A stretch of 64,000 nt of DNA from contig OZ242008.1 of assembly GCA_965204735.1 (NCBI GenBank), forward strand, positions 1,632,001 through 1,696,000, in the 5' to 3' direction. The DNA is from Longimicrobiales bacterium (GTDB lineage: Bacteria; Gemmatimonadota; Gemmatimonadetes; Longimicrobiales; Gaopeijiaceae). This document shows positions 59,442-64,000 of the stretch, one piece after another. The position numbers were made by a program, and so were the translations under genes. The number at the start of each line of letters is the position of its first letter. Positions within the stretch are counted from its first letter, which is position 1. The notes below the pieces were generated by a model. It made no database searches, was not told where the DNA came from, and worked only from the letters and a program-made list of their open reading frames with translations.

Positions 59442-60551
59442 ATGAGCAGAAAGTTGCGACCGCGCCCCGGCGTGGCCTCGCGGTTCTTCAAGGCCCACGG
59501 CCAGGGAAACGACTATCTGGTGTTCGACGAGGGCCCGGGCCCGGCGCTGTCGCCGGCGCTGGTTCGGCGGATCTGCAGCCGGCGAAGAGGCGTCGGGGCC
59601 GACGGGGTCGTGGTGGTGGAGGCGGCCGCTCTGGGGGCCGAGGCGGGGCTCCGGATGTTCAACCCGGACGGGGGCGAGTTCGAGCGGAGCGGCAACGGGC
59701 TGCGCATTGCCGGGGTCTACCTGCGGCGGGAAGGGCGGTCGCCCCGCGGGTCGTTCCCGGTGGTGGTCGGTGGAAGCGCGTCGGGAGGCGACCGCGTGGT
59801 GCTCGAGGTGGACGGGCCGGGGGCCGACAGGACGTGGGACGTGCGGGTCGAGATGGGGCGCGCCGACTTCCCGGAAGGGCCGCCGTTCGTGGCGCCGGGC
59901 CGAGTGCGGAAGGGGGGACGGGTCGTGCTCGGGCTGGGCCGCCGGGCCCTGCCGGGGTCGGGGCCGTCGAGACGGGAGCCCGGGCGGGAGCCGCGTCGCG
60001 AGCAGGAAGCGCGGCTGGAGCTCGAGGCCGTTCCGGTGGCGGTGGGCAACCCGCACGCCGTGATCTTCGGGGACGCGCCGTGGGGCGGGGACGAAGTGGG
60101 GCGGCTGGGGCCGCTGGTCTCTGCTCACGAAGCGTTTCCCGAGGGGACCAACGTCCAGTTCGCGTGGGTTCCCGAGCGCGGGCGGGCCGCGGGCGACGGC
60201 ATCCGGGCCCCCGCCGAGGCGTCGGAAGAGGCGGCGGGCGGCCCTCAGGAGGGCGCCGTGTCCGTTGCGATCTGGGAGCGAGGCGTGGGGCGCACCGAGT
60301 CGTCGGGAACGTCGGCGTGCGCCGCGGCGGTGGCGGCGGTGCGGGAGGGGATGCTGCCGCCGGGTCCCGTGAGGGTCGAGATGGAGGGCGGCGCCATGGA
60401 GGTGGAGGTGGGAGCCGACTGGGCGGTGCGCTTGCGAGGGCCCGTGGAGGAGGTGTGCGTCGGCGAGCTGTCGGAGACTTTCCTGTCGGAGTCCCGACCG
60501 CCCGAGGCGTCAGGTGCGGACCCGAGCTTGAAGGACCAGGCCGGTCGCTAG
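59442..60551 (+). CDS. dapF: Diaminopimelate epimerase family protein (Ser at both catalytic Cys positions)
   Basis: F.K.HG.GNDY, GVGADG, NPDG...SGNG.R, VGNPHAV, FP.GTNV, WERGVG.T.SSGTS. Confidence 0.8.
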   Translation: MSRKLRPRPGVASRFFKAHGQGNDYLVFDEGPGPALSPALVRRICSRRRGVGADGVVVVEAAALGAEAGLRMFNPDGGEFERSGNGLRIAGVYLRREGRSPRGSFPVVVGGSASGGDRVVLEVDGPGADRTWDVRVEMGRADFPEGPPFVAPGRVRKGGRVVLGLGRRALPGSGPSRREPGREPRREQEARLELEAVPVAVGNPHAVIFGDAPWGGDEVGRLGPLVSAHEAFPEGTNVQFAWVPERGRAAGDGIRAPAEASEEAAGGPQEGAVSVAIWERGVGRTESSGTSACAAAVAAVREGMLPPGPVRVEMEGGAMEVEVGADWAVRLRGPVEEVCVGELSETFLSESRPPEASGADPSLKDQAGR

Positions 60552-61586
60552 GAAGAGGACGTTGGGGGCCCAGGCGGCCCAGAACGGCGAGAGGACGCCG
60601 GTCACCCCCACCGCCGCGAAGAAGCGCATGAGGATCATGTAGAGGAGCGTCGAGCCGAGGGACGCGCCGATCCCGAAGGCCGCGCCGCCCTTCTTGGCCG
60701 TGGTGGCCAGAGGAGCGCCGAAGACGACGATGATCAGCGTCGCGGCGGGGATCGACAGCTTCTGGTGCTGCTTGACCAGCAGTCCCCTGGGGTCGCCCCC
60801 GGAGCGGCCGACCGCCGCGGCGTGTCTGCCCAGCTGCCGGTAGGACATCTCCTCTTCCTCGCGAGGCTCCTCCAGCAGGTCCTCCGGCGTGACGGCGAAG
60901 CGCAGGGGCCGGTAGCGCTCGAAGGCGTAGGCGGACTCCTCGCCGCCCGGCTCCACGAGGCGGAAGTATCCCTCCTGGAAGGTCCATCCCGCGTCGGTGC
61001 TCCACTCCGCTCGAGACGACCAGACGTGACGCAGGTTCCCGTCTCCGTCTCGGCTCTCCATCAGCACGCCGTCGCTCATCGTCCCCGTGGAGACGTAGAG
61101 CTGGCCCACGGTCAGCACGGCGTCGTCCTCGGTCTGGTGCACGAAGCTGCTGCGCCACTCCCGCCGCACCTCGCGCTCGCCCAGCACCTCCGCCGCCTTC
61201 CGGTTGGCGGCCGGGACCACGGTGTCCAAGAGGAACGCGCCGACGGTCATCACCGCGCCCATCGCCCACACGGGCGCGATCAGCCGATGGAAGGAGATGC
61301 CGCCGCTCTTGGCCGCCATGATCTCCCGGTGGGTGGTCATGGACTGGACCGTGAAGACGGCCGCGACCATCCCCGCCAGGGGCGCCGACCACACCGCGAA
61401 GTGGGGGTACTGAAGGAGGTAGCCCAGGCCGATCTCGGCGAGCGTGAGGGGGTCTTCCCGGTCCAGGTAGGTGTTGAACCGCTCCGAGAGGTCGCCGATG
61501 ATCCACACCACGGGCAGCGCCAGCACGGTCAGGACGAAGATGCCGGTGAAGGCGGTGCCGACCATGCGGTCCAAGGTGCGGTTCAC
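60510..61586 (-). CDS. lptG: LptF/LptG family LPS export permease (LptG-like)
   Basis: 3TM-periplasmic-3TM layout, EI.A...GGIS, EMS..QL, AAW.PN; GTGA overlap with lptF. Confidence 0.82.
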   Translation of the reverse strand: MNRTLDRMVGTAFTGIFVLTVLALPVVWIIGDLSERFNTYLDREDPLTLAEIGLGYLLQYPHFAVWSAPLAGMVAAVFTVQSMTTHREIMAAKSGGISFHRLIAPVWAMGAVMTVGAFLLDTVVPAANRKAAEVLGEREVRREWRSSFVHQTEDDAVLTVGQLYVSTGTMSDGVLMESRDGDGNLRHVWSSRAEWSTDAGWTFQEGYFRLVEPGGEESAYAFERYRPLRFAVTPEDLLEEPREEEEMSYRQLGRHAAAVGRSGGDPRGLLVKQHQKLSIPAATLIIVVFGAPLATTAKKGGAAFGIGASLGSTLLYMILMRFFAAVGVTGVLSPFWAAWAPNVLFLATGLVLQARVRT

Positions 61587-63007
61587 GCCGGGCCTTTGCG
61601 CCTTGTCGCCTTCCGAAGGAATCGGCCAGCGTCGGCCGCCATCTCCGCCCATGCGCCGCGCCGCACCGAGCCGATCCAGCGGCCCATGCGAAGGACCATG
61701 AACAGCGCGATCGGAAGGGAGACCAGGTTCGGCGACCACATCGCCCAGAAGGGACCGGCGATCCCCCGGTCGGCCAAGTCCTCGCCGTTGTTGAGGCCGA
61801 TCTGGTAGAGGGCGATGACCAGGGTGGCCACCACGATCACCAAGCTCACCCCGCCCCTGGGGAAGCGGACGGCCACGGGCACCCCCAGGAGGACGAAGAC
61901 GATGCACGCGGAGGCGATCACGTACTTCTTGTGCATCTCGACGGCGTAGCGGTTCGCCAGGGTCGTCGACGCCGCGATCCGCCCGGCGGTGAACGCCGCC
62001 TCCTGGGTCACGCTCCGCAGGTAGTCGTCCATGGGCAGACCGTCCCCGTCGTAGCGCTGGTAGGGCGGCGCCGAGCGGAGCGAGTCCGCCGCAGCGTCCG
62101 TGCCCAGTGCCCGCTCCACCGCCCGGCGGGCCTGCGCCCGCGCTTCCCTCCGCAACGAGTCGGCCTCCGCGTGCTTGGCCGCCGCCGCCTCGCGAAGCTG
62201 CGCCACCGACATCTCCCGGTCGCCGCGGTAGTCGCTTCCGCTCTCTTCGAAGAGGTTGCCCACGCCCCTGAGCACATGAAGCTGCTCCGAGAAGCGGGTA
62301 TGCTCGAACGTTCCGCCGGCCGGGCCGCTGCGCCCGCCGTCCACTTCGTACACGCTGCCGTCGTGGAGGCGGAGCTGCAGGTCCGTCGAGAGCCGGTTCA
62401 TCGCCACCTTCCCCCGGGCCGCGTAGGTGGTCCGCCGGCCGCCGATCCCGGGGCTCATGTCGTAGATGACCACGTCCGTCAGCTCCGACGAAGCCGGATC
62501 GATGGCGCCGGCCTTGAGGAAGTAGGGTCCCATGCCGTCCTGCGCGTCGATCCGGTTGACCGCGCGCTCCCGAAGCTGAAACGTGGGACTCTTCTCTTGA
62601 ATGGAGGCCCGGAGGTTCGCGAGACGATGGTTGGCTTCGGGGAGGATCCAGTCGTTGAAGGCGTAGGTCGCGCAGCCCACGAGGACGCCCATGATCAGGG
62701 TCGGAATCAGCAGGCTCCTGGGGCGCACTCCGCCGGCGGACATGGCGACGATCTCGCTGGCCGACGCCAGTTCGCCGAAGGTGTACAGGACCGCCACGAG
62801 GACGGCCATGGGCAACGTCAGGGCTATCGTGTGGGGAAGCGAGAGCAGGAAGGCCTCGCCGATGATCTCCGGGGGAAGGCCCTTCCCGGCCAGGTCGTCC
62901 AGCAACCGCGCGACCGCGTTGACGAAGAGCAGTCCGGTGAGGAGGACGAAGGAAAACGCGAAGGGTCCCGCCAGCGACCGGATCAGGTACCGGGTCAGGA
63001 TCTTCAT
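61583..63007 (-). CDS. lptF: LptF/LptG family LPS export permease (LptF-like)
   Basis: MKILTRYL, LTLPMAVL, EIVAM.AGGV, E.HKK, MW.PN. Confidence 0.85.
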   Translation of the reverse strand: MKILTRYLIRSLAGPFAFSFVLLTGLLFVNAVARLLDDLAGKGLPPEIIGEAFLLSLPHTIALTLPMAVLVAVLYTFGELASASEIVAMSAGGVRPRSLLIPTLIMGVLVGCATYAFNDWILPEANHRLANLRASIQEKSPTFQLRERAVNRIDAQDGMGPYFLKAGAIDPASSELTDVVIYDMSPGIGGRRTTYAARGKVAMNRLSTDLQLRLHDGSVYEVDGGRSGPAGGTFEHTRFSEQLHVLRGVGNLFEESGSDYRGDREMSVAQLREAAAAKHAEADSLRREARAQARRAVERALGTDAAADSLRSAPPYQRYDGDGLPMDDYLRSVTQEAAFTAGRIAASTTLANRYAVEMHKKYVIASACIVFVLLGVPVAVRFPRGGVSLVIVVATLVIALYQIGLNNGEDLADRGIAGPFWAMWSPNLVSLPIALFMVLRMGRWIGSVRRGAWAEMAADAGRFLRKATRRKGPA

Positions 63008-63130
63008 TGCCGGGCGGTCGTCTTCATGGCCGAATCGTCGTGTTGCGCGGCCGGGTCCTCGGGCGCGCGGCTCGCGTCTTCCGTCGGTGAAATGTAGCGG
63101 CTGCGCTGCGGGCGCCCCGACCGCCGCCGC

Positions 63131-64000
63131 ATGAAGTTCTCCGAGCTGCTGCTTCCGGCGGCCGTCCTCCTGATCGGCTCGCCCGGCGATGCGACGACGG
63201 CGGGGGGCGCCTCGGTTGCCGGCGAGAGCCGTCGCGGCGCCCCGGCCGAAGCTCTCGCTGCCGCTCCGGACACCGTGCTGTGGCTCCTGCCCCAGCTTCG
63301 GCCGTCGGCCCGGTCGCTGATGGACCCTCCGGCGCGCCCGGTTCCCTTCGTGGTCCTGGGGCTTGCCCGCATTCCCGTGACCCGCTGGCAACGGGAGCCG
63401 GGCCTGCGCCTGGGCGTCTTCGGACGGACGCTCGACCCTGGAGGCTTGCCCCAGCTTCTGCCCGCCGGGGCGGCCGAAATCCCCGGAACCGCAGGAGTGG
63501 CCGAGCTGGCCGCGGCCGCCCGACGCGTGGGCGCGGCAGGGACGGCCGGCGCGGCGGGAACGCCGGGCGGGGCCGCCGTCGCCCGCATCCGCAACGAGTA
63601 CGTGGACCTGGGGTTCGCGCTGCGCGGCTCGGGCCAGTTCGGGGGCGACTGGACCCGGTACCGCCCCTGCGACGAGACGGTCCAGGTCACCTGCGAAGTG
63701 TCGCTCCTTCCCAGGATCCGCCCGGACTTCCAGTTCGCCGCCGTCGCAGACGGCTCCGTGGCCGGTCGGATGGTCGTGGACGTGGACTACGACCAAGCCC
63801 GCGAGTTCGCCGGCGCCAACCGGGTCAACATCCGCTACAGGGGGAAGTCCGGCGAGTTCCTGCAGCGCTTCGAGGTGGGCGACGTGCGCTTCGACCTGCC
63901 CCCGTCCCGCTTCCTGCGCGAGGGCGTCCCCGCCGGCAACTTCGGCTTCCAGGCGGCGGCGCAGGTCGGTCCCGTGGACGTGCAGGGAGTGTGGGCGCAG
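63131..64000 (+). CDS. sprA: 5' part of an SprA-like outer-membrane translocon protein (runs off the window)
   Basis: Manual translation from ATG 63131 is open to the end: VDVDYDQAREF..N...Y.G...E.LQ..EVGDV.F..P...NFG...GP. Confidence 0.65.
   Translation, partial: MKFSELLLPAAVLLIGSPGDATTAGGASVAGESRRGAPAEALAAAPDTVLWLLPQLRPSARSLMDPPARPVPFVVLGLARIPVTRWQREPGLRLGVFGRTLDPGGLPQLLPAGAAEIPGTAGVAELAAAARRVGAAGTAGAAGTPGGAAVARIRNEYVDLGFALRGSGQFGGDWTRYRPCDETVQVTCEVSLLPRIRPDFQFAAVADGSVAGRMVVDVDYDQAREFAGANRVNIRYRGKSGEFLQRFEVGDVRFDLPPSRFLREGVPAGNFGFQAAAQVGPVDVQGVWAQ

Overview
High-GC chromosomal window with mostly housekeeping, transport and secreted-hydrolase genes. The gene repertoire suggests a Gemmatimonadota-like bacterium, which is an inference. 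It contains an AT-richer single-chain restriction-modification gene, arginase, an ABC-F ATPase, an Rpn nuclease, an NCS2 permease fusion, a SAM-I riboswitch with metX, and an AAA/DUF4143 ATPase. It also has a secreted amidohydrolase/peptidase cluster, tRNA-Val(TAC), three tandem TonB-dependent receptors, an SLC12-like transporter, an orphan vsr, dapF, lptFG and the 5' part of an SprA-like gene. The main signal the ORF track misses is a translationally coupled minus-strand operon at 53256-56280: a thioredoxin-fold protein, a UGSC-type selenoprotein (in-frame UGA plus a SECIS-like hairpin) and an ADP-ribosylglycohydrolase, preceded by four phased 8-bp palindromic boxes. Other notable items are a probable intragenic antitoxin start inside rpn, an NCS2 permease fused to a degenerate anti-sigma-kinase domain, a DapF with Ser in place of both catalytic Cys, a protease inserted into an SdrD-B-like domain, and a tRNA 3'-end duplication scar. 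All calls come from reading motifs by eye; no searches were run.
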